Of a DNA stretch of 64,000 nucleotides, positions 29,456-38,158 are shown in pieces. The translations under genes were made by a program, and so were the position numbers. The notes below the pieces were generated by a model, which made no database searches, was not told where the DNA came from, and was given only the letters and a program-made list of their open reading frames with translations. Source of the stretch: an archaeon (GTDB lineage Archaea; Nanobdellota; Nanobdellia; SCGC-AAA011-G17; PNOQ01); NCBI GenBank assembly GCA_018671245.1, contig JABHIB010000008.1, forward strand, positions 6,284-70,283. Direction: 5' to 3'. Each line of letters starts with the position of its first letter. Position 1 is the first letter of the stretch.

Positions 29456-30160
29456 ATGAAATACGACCTAGCATTAATTATCCCATTTTATAATGAAGAA
29501 GATTGTGCAAGAGAAGTCATAGAAGACTTAGTCCGAGTATTAGAATCAAATTCCACTAATTATGAACTTATCCTTGTAGATAATGGATCTAGTGATAAAA
29601 CTTTAAAAATTTTACAAGATTTATCAAATGAAAAATTAAAGGTTTTAAAATTAGATCCAAATAGAGGTTTTGGAGGAGGGATACTCGAGGGATTGAAAAT
29701 CTCAAATGCAAACTATTTAGGATTTACTTGTGGAGATGGCGAGGTATCGCCAGAAGATACATATAAGGTTTATAACCAATTAATAGCCGGAAATTCGGAA
29801 ATCTGTAAGGCAATAAGAGCTTCAAGAACAGATAATTTTCTAAAAATAATATATTCCAAATCTTATAATACTCTTGTGAAATTGTTTTTCAATCTTAAGA
29901 TAAGAGATATTAATGGATATCCCTTAATAATGAAAAAAACAGCATATGAATCTTTAAGTCTGAAAGAAAAAGATTGGCTATTTAATCTAGAAATTTTATA
30001 TCAAGCCAAAAAACAAAACCTAAAAGTTGACGAAATAATAATAAAACACAGAAAAAGAGCTAGTGGAAAAAGTAGTGATTTCTCATTTTCTAACCTCTTA
30101 AGGCCAATTCAACCTGTTTTATTAATGTATTATTTTTTAAAATATAGATTAAAAAATTAA
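29456..30160 (+). CDS. GT2 polyprenyl/dolichyl-phosphate glycosyltransferase (DPM1/ArnC-like)
   Basis: 234 aa. It has LALIIPFYNEEDC and LVDNGSSDKT. It is short and soluble with a C-terminal amphipathic tail. Confidence 0.7.
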   Translation: MKYDLALIIPFYNEEDCAREVIEDLVRVLESNSTNYELILVDNGSSDKTLKILQDLSNEKLKVLKLDPNRGFGGGILEGLKISNANYLGFTCGDGEVSPEDTYKVYNQLIAGNSEICKAIRASRTDNFLKIIYSKSYNTLVKLFFNLKIRDINGYPLIMKKTAYESLSLKEKDWLFNLEILYQAKKQNLKVDEIIIKHRKRASGKSSDFSFSNLLRPIQPVLLMYYFLKYRLKN

Positions 30161-31692
30161 TCATATACAAATCCATAGATATTTATCAGCAAAGAATCTG
30201 AATTAGTAATCTGTGTAACTAATTCAACCATTTCACTATGGACCTCTGGAAAATTATAGGCATATTCTGGAGATTTTTGGAAATTTGAAATCATAAAAAA
30301 TTTAGGTTTTAACTTATTTATTTGATATACAAATTCTTGATCATCATCCCTACCGTTCATAGAATAAGGTTCTCCTAGAGTATGATACATCCCCATCTGA
30401 TCAAATTTATCTTCAGGAAATTTATAAGTTTCTCTCTCAGAATAATATGCAACCTGAGGATGACTGCTTGTATAAATTATATCGCGTTCATTTGAATGTT
30501 CCTTCATCCATAAAGCAGCTTCTTTTACTGGAAGATATGAATCTTTTTTTGAAATAATCGAATTATTTGTAAGTGTGAGATGTTGATAGGATCCAAGAAC
30601 AAAAAGAACCAAAATTAGAGAAATAGCTACATGTTTGTTATACTTTTTTAAAAAATTATAAAATATCAACGTACCAATTGCAACAATATAAAATACTGCA
30701 GGAAGAGAATAAATAAAATATCTTGGTTCAACTCCCCATGCAGTAGAGAAATAAGCATAAGGAACAAAGAATAACAAAACAACAACAAAATGCCTCCTAA
30801 GTTTTTTTATTCGTCTTATATTACCATATCCAAAAATAAGATCTGAAAATATAGTAAGAACTCCAATTATAAAGAACAACATAAATGCATGAAAATTCCC
30901 AAAAATTGGACTAAATAAATAATGTGCAGGCAGCAATTTTAGATAATCTATGAAAAGAAATGAATGTTCGAAATACTGAGAAGGTTCAAGTATGCCTATT
31001 CCTCCGAATCTGAAGTAATACCATATAAAATAAGGTAGCATAACTAGAACAGAGATTACAACAGATATCCATAAATCTTTATTTTTTATAAATTTTAATC
31101 CCTCTTTCAACAAAACATAACACAAAAAAACGACAGCAATAATTGCAGTTGGGAACCTCATCAAAATACTCAATCCTACTGCTACTCCCATCAACCACAG
31201 ATTATATTTAGATTTCTTTTGAACATATCCTCTCCAAAACAAATAGAATGAGAGTAACCATAAGGTTAAACTTGGTAGTTCTGTCATCAACCTAGCAGTA
31301 TAAAATAAATACAAATAAGAAATAGATGATAAAAATGCAGCAATCAGGCCAATTTTTTTATTATATAATTGTATACCAATTAAATAAGTTAATAAAATAG
31401 TTACCATTGAAGTGAACAGTTCAAAAACTCTTAGAGAAAATTCTCCAAGACCTATCTTAAAAAATATTGAAGCAATAAATGGGAACAAAACGGGACGAAC
31501 AAAATGAATTTCGAATGGAATACTGTGAGACCAATGTTTAGCCATAGATAAATATTCTGCCTCATCCCACCAAATAGCAGAATTCATATTGAAATATTTT
31601 AATCGTATAATGAAAGCAAACAAAAAAATCATAAAAAATAGGATATTGTATTTATTACTAACTATTTTCTTTAATTTTGAAACAAATACCAT
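30157..31692 (-). CDS. GT-C fold membrane glycosyltransferase (GT39/GT83, PMT/ArnT-like)
   Basis: About 511 aa, polytopic. The first extracytoplasmic loop carries WWDEAEYLSMAKHW (the DE/acidic motif of ArnT/PMT enzymes). The track start is TTG (31704), so I used ATG 31692. Confidence 0.7.
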   Translation of the reverse strand: MVFVSKLKKIVSNKYNILFFMIFLFAFIIRLKYFNMNSAIWWDEAEYLSMAKHWSHSIPFEIHFVRPVLFPFIASIFFKIGLGEFSLRVFELFTSMVTILLTYLIGIQLYNKKIGLIAAFLSSISYLYLFYTARLMTELPSLTLWLLSFYLFWRGYVQKKSKYNLWLMGVAVGLSILMRFPTAIIAVVFLCYVLLKEGLKFIKNKDLWISVVISVLVMLPYFIWYYFRFGGIGILEPSQYFEHSFLFIDYLKLLPAHYLFSPIFGNFHAFMLFFIIGVLTIFSDLIFGYGNIRRIKKLRRHFVVVLLFFVPYAYFSTAWGVEPRYFIYSLPAVFYIVAIGTLIFYNFLKKYNKHVAISLILVLFVLGSYQHLTLTNNSIISKKDSYLPVKEAALWMKEHSNERDIIYTSSHPQVAYYSERETYKFPEDKFDQMGMYHTLGEPYSMNGRDDDQEFVYQINKLKPKFFMISNFQKSPEYAYNFPEVHSEMVELVTQITNSDSLLINIYGFVYD

Positions 31693-31726
31693 ATAAAAAT
31701 ACAAAATAACAAATTTATAAATCTAA

Positions 31727-32578
31727 CTAAAATAATACTGGTGTAATAAACACCTCAATCAATGCGGCTACAACTAAAATAAGTACAGCTATCAAACTCA
31801 AATTAACTGAATCCATCATGATCCTATTAAAATTATTAGTTTCTAAGTCCCTATTTATCATAGCAACAGAAATTATACCTCCTGCAAGACCACCAACAAA
31901 ATATGCTGCAATCTCAGGGATTCCATGCAAACTATATCTTAACAAACCTAAAGAAAATGCTTGAATATAATTACCTGCACCAGCAGGACTGGCCATAACA
32001 ACTCCTGTACCCAGATTAAGTTTAACAAAGTCCCCTATAGCAGTAGCAATAACTGAAGCGTTCCAAGTTAATATGAAAATCGCGCCAGCACCGTAAAAGA
32101 ATGCAAATAATAGACAGAATAAAAGCACCTTAAAATTATTTAAAAATATCTGCATAAATATAGCAATAGGATTAACAACATCTCCAACCACATCAGAATT
32201 TATAGTTTTTATAGTCTCAGATTGTGTAGCAAATAAATTTTGAGCAGCTTCAGCAGGTAAAACTAAATACCAAAAAGAATACGCAACAACAAATCCAAAA
32301 AATAAGAATAACATGAACCTAATAACTTTGGCATGCCTTTTCAAAAGTTTTAATTCATCTTTAATTCTGACATCCAGAGCTTCTTCCATCTTCATAGTCT
32401 TATACATCAGAGGAACAGTAGCTATAACAGTAAGAAATACCATAACTAAACTAGAGTGATTTCTAAAAATTATTGCCGAAAGAAATACTGCAATAGTTGC
32501 ATAAACAAATCCTACAAAAAACATATACCAGGGCTTCTCAACTGCCTTAAACGGATTAATTAAAGATTCTAGAGTCAT
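31727..32578 (-). CDS. SpoIIM-like (DUF95) membrane protein
   Basis: 283 aa with about 6 TMs. It has LHGIPEIAAYFVGGLAGG, typical of the stage II sporulation protein M family. Confidence 0.5.
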   Translation of the reverse strand: MTLESLINPFKAVEKPWYMFFVGFVYATIAVFLSAIIFRNHSSLVMVFLTVIATVPLMYKTMKMEEALDVRIKDELKLLKRHAKVIRFMLFLFFGFVVAYSFWYLVLPAEAAQNLFATQSETIKTINSDVVGDVVNPIAIFMQIFLNNFKVLLFCLLFAFFYGAGAIFILTWNASVIATAIGDFVKLNLGTGVVMASPAGAGNYIQAFSLGLLRYSLHGIPEIAAYFVGGLAGGIISVAMINRDLETNNFNRIMMDSVNLSLIAVLILVVAALIEVFITPVLF

Positions 32579-32662
32579 AGATATAGTTCTGCCAACTTAA
32601 TTTAAATAGTTTTTGTTATTTCTTTCCAAAAACTTTATATAAACAAAAAACAAAAAACACAT

Positions 32663-33463
32663 ATGACGTTCGAACAAATCTACAAAGACATAAAAACCTT
32701 GAAAATTCAAGGAGCAACAAACGTTGCAAAATTTGGACTTAAGGCATTGAAACTAAAATTTGATGCACCTTCTATTAAAAAAATTCAAAGTGCTAGACCT
32801 ACAGAACCCTGTTTAATTAATGCAATTAAGTTTGCAAAAGAAACAGATGTAGATACAGCATTCGCATATCTAAGCAACATGCAAAAAAGAACAGTTTTAG
32901 TTGGAGCAATCATAATAAAAAATAAACAAAACGTTTTCACACACTGCCATTCATCAACAATAGTAGACTCATTAAAATCTGCTAAGGATCACAAGAAAAA
33001 ATTCAAAGTATACAACACAGAAACAAGGCCCCTACTACAAGGGAGAAAAACAGCAAAAGAATTAGCAAGAGCAAAAATCAAAGTTGAACACTATGTAGAT
33101 TCAGCAGCAGACGAAGCAATAAAAAATTCAGACATTGTCCTATTAGGGGCAGATTTTATAACAAAAGATGGAGATGTGTACAATAAGATTGGAAGCTATT
33201 CAATATCAGAATTAGCAAAAAAACATAAAAAACCACTATATATAATTACAAACTCTTGGAAATATTCTAACAAATCTCTAAAGATTGAAAAAAGGGATCC
33301 TAAAGAAGTCTGGGACACAAACTCAGAAAACATAAAAATAAACAATCCAGCTTTTGAAAAGATACCTAGACAAAATATCTCGAAAATTGTATGTGAACTA
33401 GGTGCACTAAAGCCAAGAAAATTTCTACGAAAAGTTCATAAAACGTATCCTTGGATAAAATGA
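32663..33463 (+). CDS. eIF-2B alpha/beta/delta-family protein, candidate ribose-1,5-bisphosphate isomerase
   Basis: 266 aa. It has IQGATNVA near the N-terminus, TETRPLLQGRKTAKEL and LLGADFITKDGDVYNKIGS. It sits in an overlapping operon with RuBisCO. Confidence 0.65.
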   Translation: MTFEQIYKDIKTLKIQGATNVAKFGLKALKLKFDAPSIKKIQSARPTEPCLINAIKFAKETDVDTAFAYLSNMQKRTVLVGAIIIKNKQNVFTHCHSSTIVDSLKSAKDHKKKFKVYNTETRPLLQGRKTAKELARAKIKVEHYVDSAADEAIKNSDIVLLGADFITKDGDVYNKIGSYSISELAKKHKKPLYIITNSWKYSNKSLKIEKRDPKEVWDTNSENIKINNPAFEKIPRQNISKIVCELGALKPRKFLRKVHKTYPWIK

Positions 33464-34101
33464 TAATATGCTTTGATTTAGACGGGACATTAATTGATAC
33501 AGAAGACTGGATAATTAATTCTTTAAAGGAAGCATACAAAAACAATAATAAGAAAATCCCAACAAAAAAACAAATTCTAGCTAACTGGGGAAATATTTCA
33601 ACAGTTATAATTAGAAAATCTTCACAAGAAAAACTAACCAAAAAAGAAGTAGAAAATATAAGGGTCGAATTTTACAGAATAAGAGATCAATCAATTAGCA
33701 AGGTAAAACCATTTAAAAATACAAAAAGAGTTCTAAACCAACTAAGTAAAAAATACAAAATAGCACTAGTCTCAAATAATAATCATAAAGAACTATTAAA
33801 ACTTCTAAAAGCTACGAAAATAGACAAAAAGATATTCAAAACAATTATTGGAGATGACGAAGTAAAGAGGGCAAAACCATTTCCAGATGAAATTTACACA
33901 GCAGAGAAAAGACTAGGCAAAAAGGTTAAATTCATGATTGGAGACAGTATACAAGACATAAAAACTGCTAAAGCTGCAAAAGTAAAATCAATAGTGATTA
34001 AAACCGGACCTAAAGAAACTTGGAAAAACTTAAAAAAAGCAGATTTCATAATTAAAGATATAAAAGAAATTCCTAAACTTATAAAAGAGGCCAAACAATG
34101 A
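33460..34101 (+). CDS. HAD-superfamily phosphatase (phosphoglycolate-phosphatase-like)
   Basis: It has MIICFDLDGTLIDT, a VSNN motif, K..PFPD and GDSIQDI. There are ATGA overlaps at both ends (33460-33463 and 34098-34101). The track start is TTG (33451). Confidence 0.65.
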   Translation: MIICFDLDGTLIDTEDWIINSLKEAYKNNNKKIPTKKQILANWGNISTVIIRKSSQEKLTKKEVENIRVEFYRIRDQSISKVKPFKNTKRVLNQLSKKYKIALVSNNNHKELLKLLKATKIDKKIFKTIIGDDEVKRAKPFPDEIYTAEKRLGKKVKFMIGDSIQDIKTAKAAKVKSIVIKTGPKETWKNLKKADFIIKDIKEIPKLIKEAKQ

Positions 34102-35390
34102 TTTACGGAAACTGTGAATTTGTAAATAAAAAATACAAACCAAAAAAAACCGATCTAATTGTAATGTACAGAGTAGAACCAATAAAAGGAGTCTCTCTAG
34201 AAAGAATCTGCGAACTACTAGCAGGAGAATCATCAATAGGCACCTGGACAAAGATTTCTACAATGAATCCAAAAATAGCCAAAAGCTTGAAACCTAGTGC
34301 ATTCTACATAAATAAGAAAAAGAACTTAGTAAAAATAGCATATCCTGAGAAACTATTCGAAAAAAAGAATATGTCGGGCATACTCTCTTCAATTGCAGGA
34401 AACATATATGGGATGAAAGAAGCAAAAAAACTGCGATTAGAGGACATAACCTTCCCAAAAAGCATAATAAAATCATTTCCAGGACCAAAGTATGGAATCA
34501 AGGGTGTTAGGAAAATTTCAAAGGTTAAGAAGAGACCTTTGATAGGAACAATAGTAAAGCCAAAAATCGGGTTAACCGAAAAACAACATGCAAAGGTAGC
34601 TTATGAATCCTGGATAGGAGGATTAGATGTAGTAAAGGATGATGAAAATCTAACTTCGATGGAATTTAATAATTTCTACAAAAGAATAAATCTAACTTTC
34701 AAAGCTAGAGATAAGGCAGAAAAGAAGACTGGAGAGAAAAAGATCTATTTACCAAACATAACTGCAGAGTATGAAGAGATGAAAAAGCGTGCAGAACATG
34801 TAAAAAAGAAAGGTGGAGAATTTGTTATGATAGATATCTTAACAGTAGGTTGGAGCGCACTAGCATCTATGAGAAAGGTTACAAATAAACTGAAATTAGC
34901 AATTCACGCACATAGAGCAATGCACGGAGCACTAACAAGAGATCCAAAACACGGAATATCGATGTTAACACTAGCAAAAATTTCTAGATTGATGGGAGTA
35001 GATCAACTCCACATAGGAACTGCAGGAATAGGTAAAATGCACGGCTCAGCATCAGAAGAACTATCAATAGAAGAAGAGATAGAAGAACAAAAGATTAAAG
35101 CAAATCCTAAAACTAATAGATTAGAACAAAACTGGTATGGTATGAAACCAGTATTAGCAGTAGCTTCTGGAGGAGTTTCGCCCTTACAAATTTCAGAAAT
35201 AGTAAAAACCATGGGAACTGATATTGTAATTCAAGCAGGAGGTGGAGTTCACGGCCACCCTAATGGAACAGAATCAGGAGCAAGAGCGATGCGTCAAGCT
35301 ATTGAAGCAACTATGAAAAAAATTCCACTAAAAAAATACTCAAAAACACACAAAGAATTAGAACAAGCTTTTGACAAATGGAAAAACTAG
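34098..35390 (+). CDS. rbcL: Ribulose-bisphosphate carboxylase large subunit, form III-type
   Basis: 430 aa. Catalytic motifs are TIVKPKIGL, GGLDVVKDDENL (carbamylated Lys), HAHRAMHGA and GGGVHGHPNG. No small-subunit gene is present. Confidence 0.85.
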   Translation: MIYGNCEFVNKKYKPKKTDLIVMYRVEPIKGVSLERICELLAGESSIGTWTKISTMNPKIAKSLKPSAFYINKKKNLVKIAYPEKLFEKKNMSGILSSIAGNIYGMKEAKKLRLEDITFPKSIIKSFPGPKYGIKGVRKISKVKKRPLIGTIVKPKIGLTEKQHAKVAYESWIGGLDVVKDDENLTSMEFNNFYKRINLTFKARDKAEKKTGEKKIYLPNITAEYEEMKKRAEHVKKKGGEFVMIDILTVGWSALASMRKVTNKLKLAIHAHRAMHGALTRDPKHGISMLTLAKISRLMGVDQLHIGTAGIGKMHGSASEELSIEEEIEEQKIKANPKTNRLEQNWYGMKPVLAVASGGVSPLQISEIVKTMGTDIVIQAGGGVHGHPNGTESGARAMRQAIEATMKKIPLKKYSKTHKELEQAFDKWKN

Positions 35391-36049
35391 ATCTCTGCTT
35401 TCTCAACAATTAATTTTCCAGTACATTCATTCTCAAGCAAATTCTTAGACTCAATTATCCTTAATCCATTCTTGAACAAAGGGCAATCAACAACTAAACT
35501 TTCATACTCTCCACCCTCTCCACCAATATGAATATTTAATTTCTTTATATCTTCCAAAAATTTAGCATCAATCACTCTACCTAACCAACTCTCATTAAAA
35601 CCATCTGCAGCGATACCAACAATAATCACTTTAAATTTATCTCTAATTAAACTATTAATATATTCTTCAGAATCAATATGCCATAATGGAGAAACACTCT
35701 TGATACCTAAATCCTCACAAATCTTTTCAATCCTATCTTTTTGATAACTACTTGCTAAAGCTCCACTAAAAATTCCTTCAATACCATACTTTTCCTTAGC
35801 TTCAATAATAGCATTCTTTAGATCTTCCAGTTCCTCTTCCTTGACCCCTTCAGTCTTTCTATATAGGATAGGGACACCCATCAACTCAGCTTGCAACTTA
35901 ACTAACTCTATATTAGGCACATGAAACATCCAACTCTCATCACTCTTAGATTCGAGACTAATCAAACAACTAATTTCATGTTCTTGCTTTGCTAAATAAC
36001 TAGCATAAACAGAATCCTTCCCTCCACTAAATAAAACTGCTACTTTCAT
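35387..36049 (-). CDS. dph6: Diphthine-ammonia ligase-like ATP pyrophosphatase (MJ0570/Dph6 family)
   Basis: 220 aa. It has the MKVAVLFSGGKDSVYA PP-loop and GGEGGEYESLV near the C-terminus. Confidence 0.7.
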   Translation of the reverse strand: MKVAVLFSGGKDSVYASYLAKQEHEISCLISLESKSDESWMFHVPNIELVKLQAELMGVPILYRKTEGVKEEELEDLKNAIIEAKEKYGIEGIFSGALASSYQKDRIEKICEDLGIKSVSPLWHIDSEEYINSLIRDKFKVIIVGIAADGFNESWLGRVIDAKFLEDIKKLNIHIGGEGGEYESLVVDCPLFKNGLRIIESKNLLENECTGKLIVEKAEI

Positions 36050-36083
36050 AGCATGACTAACTAAATTTTCTTTATAAATATTC

Positions 36084-36608
36084 TCATATCAATTTTTTAA
36101 ACTCTTTATAGAAATCTTTTATAGATAATTTCGGAGAAGCAACATAAGTTATGAATCTCAAAATCACAAGCAGCATCATTATTGCAAAGAATAAATATAT
36201 CAAATAAATTAAAGGACGATCTAATAAAATAAATGATATTGAAGAAGCTATAGCTGGCGGATGAGAAGCATCAAATAAAAATAAAGAAAATCCTACTAAG
36301 AATATTAACAAAAACAAATTAATTGATGTGTGTAATGTTACAATTGTATTCAAAAGATATACTAATGAAGAAATGACTATTGCAATAAAATAAGCTGTTA
36401 TTATAGTTTTCAACTTAAACAGATGATGAGATCTTGTATTTGTCAGAATAATTGCAGACGCTCCGACACTAGCAAACAAAATAATATTAGATATAGTTAA
36501 ATTATAAAGAAATGATAAAACTGCCACAACTACTGCCGCAATTAAAGAAGGAATGAAATGATTATGCCATAAAATCCTCTTCCTTTTCATCCACTTTTTG
36601 AAATCCAT
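36084..36608 (-). CDS. HPP-family membrane protein
   Basis: 174 aa with about 5 TMs. It contains DASHPPAIASS (HPP motif). Confidence 0.55.
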   Translation of the reverse strand: MDFKKWMKRKRILWHNHFIPSLIAAVVVAVLSFLYNLTISNIILFASVGASAIILTNTRSHHLFKLKTIITAYFIAIVISSLVYLLNTIVTLHTSINLFLLIFLVGFSLFLFDASHPPAIASSISFILLDRPLIYLIYLFFAIMMLLVILRFITYVASPKLSIKDFYKEFKKLI

Positions 36609-36652
36609 ACACTACAATATAAAAACACCCATTAAAAAAGATTTCTAAAAAA

Positions 36653-37744
36653 TTATTTTATCTCATCATTAGTTTTAACTAAAATTTTACCTTTGGTAGC
36701 TTTAACAACAACCTCTTCACTATCTTTAAATCCACTAATCTTAGTCACACTGTCTGGTAATCTTATCTTTCCAAATTTTACTTCCAAGTTAGTTATAAGT
36801 TCACTATGACCTTTTGAAGAAACTGGTTTTTTCTCAATACTTTTCAAAATATCACTATACTTTGCCCTAGAATCAACTTTCTTAAAATTCTTAGTCTGAT
36901 CATATAGAAATCTGGCCATCTTCCCAGCAACATTAACTCCACTAATATTAGTTATTCCTTGTAAACCTGGACTAACATTCACTTCAAGAACATTCATATT
37001 AACACCTTCCAACATATCAACGCCAGCAATATCTGCACCGATAGCTTTTGCAGCCTTAACAGCAAGACGTTCAGAACCACCACTCAACTCAATCTTAAGT
37101 CCTGTTCCTCCAGTATGGATATTTGCTCTAACCTCTCCACGAGTAGCCTTCCGTTTCATAGTTGCAACAACTTTATCTCCAATAACCAAAGCACGGATAT
37201 CTGTAGCACCAGTATCAATAAATTCTTGAATTATATATGCCTGTTTGAATACTTCCATAGTATCAAGAACACTTGACGCAGAAGCAAAACTCTCAGCAAC
37301 CATTACACCCTTCCCGTGTGTACCACTAGGTATTTTAATTATAACAGGATAATGTATTTTTTTCAGTATTTTTTTTGCAGAATCAATAGTCGCAGCAAGA
37401 TAAGACTTAGGCATTGAAATTCTTGCCTTTTGCAGCTCAAGAGTTGTGAGATATTTATTATGACCTGTAACAAAAGATGAAGAAGATAGAGGCATGTAAC
37501 AATCACCATTCAAAGACTCTGTAATGCTCTGTAAAACTAATGCATACTTAGAGCTACCCTTACAATAAACACAATCATAATCATCAATTTTATCACCATT
37601 ATGAAGCACCTTGACACCATCAGAACTAGCTTCTGTTTCAATCTGCCTAATATCTAATAAATCTACTTGATCAAAGTAATTTTCACATTCCTCAGCAAGC
37701 ATTTTAGTACTAATGCTTTTCAAACTAATTATCGCTAATTTCAT
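36653..37744 (-). CDS. RimK-family ATP-grasp alpha-L-glutamate ligase with C-terminal AbrB/SpoVT-like extension
   Basis: The ATP-grasp core is DIRALVIGDKVVATMKR .. RANIHTGG .. GVDMLEG..VLEVNVSPG. The last ~45 aa (KIRLPDSVTKISGFKDSEEVVVKATKGKILV) resemble a swapped-hairpin AbrB-type module. Confidence 0.7.
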   Translation of the reverse strand: MKLAIISLKSISTKMLAEECENYFDQVDLLDIRQIETEASSDGVKVLHNGDKIDDYDCVYCKGSSKYALVLQSITESLNGDCYMPLSSSSFVTGHNKYLTTLELQKARISMPKSYLAATIDSAKKILKKIHYPVIIKIPSGTHGKGVMVAESFASASSVLDTMEVFKQAYIIQEFIDTGATDIRALVIGDKVVATMKRKATRGEVRANIHTGGTGLKIELSGGSERLAVKAAKAIGADIAGVDMLEGVNMNVLEVNVSPGLQGITNISGVNVAGKMARFLYDQTKNFKKVDSRAKYSDILKSIEKKPVSSKGHSELITNLEVKFGKIRLPDSVTKISGFKDSEEVVVKATKGKILVKTNDEIK

Positions 37745-38069
37745 TTTTTAATGGATCTATCAAAAATCCTTGTTTAAGAATCTCTTGTCCAATTAAAACA
37801 GGATATTTAAGATTTTCTCTGTTAGTAATTGTAAATGACCCCTCTACTTTTTTTCCAGCTATAAGAACATTCGCCTTAACAACAGGTCTAAGCTGTACGC
37901 CGTGAGAACTTTTTATTCTAACAGACTTTATTACAGGACCAAGTTTTAACTTAGAAGCTAATTTTATATGGATAGAACTCCTAGAAGCACCACTATCTAT
38001 CTTAGCCATAACCTCTTCTTCGTTTAGTCTAATCTTCTCAATTAAACCTAAAACAATCTTGTTTTCCAT
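37725..38069 (-). CDS. Retropepsin-like aspartic protease (PF05618 'ATP-dependent Zn protease'/RimB-like)
   Basis: 114 aa. It has AKIDSGASRSSIH (D-S-G-A), SSHGVQLRPVV and YPVLIGQEIL..FLIDP. It overlaps the RimK gene start by 20 nt. Confidence 0.65.
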   Translation of the reverse strand: MENKIVLGLIEKIRLNEEEVMAKIDSGASRSSIHIKLASKLKLGPVIKSVRIKSSHGVQLRPVVKANVLIAGKKVEGSFTITNRENLKYPVLIGQEILKQGFLIDPLKNEISDN

Positions 38070-38158
38070 ATAAACTTGAATAACTCGGAGTGTTTTAAAC
38101 CTTTCGAATTAAACAAAATATTTATAAACATAAATGTTCAGATTCAATTAAAGTGGAT

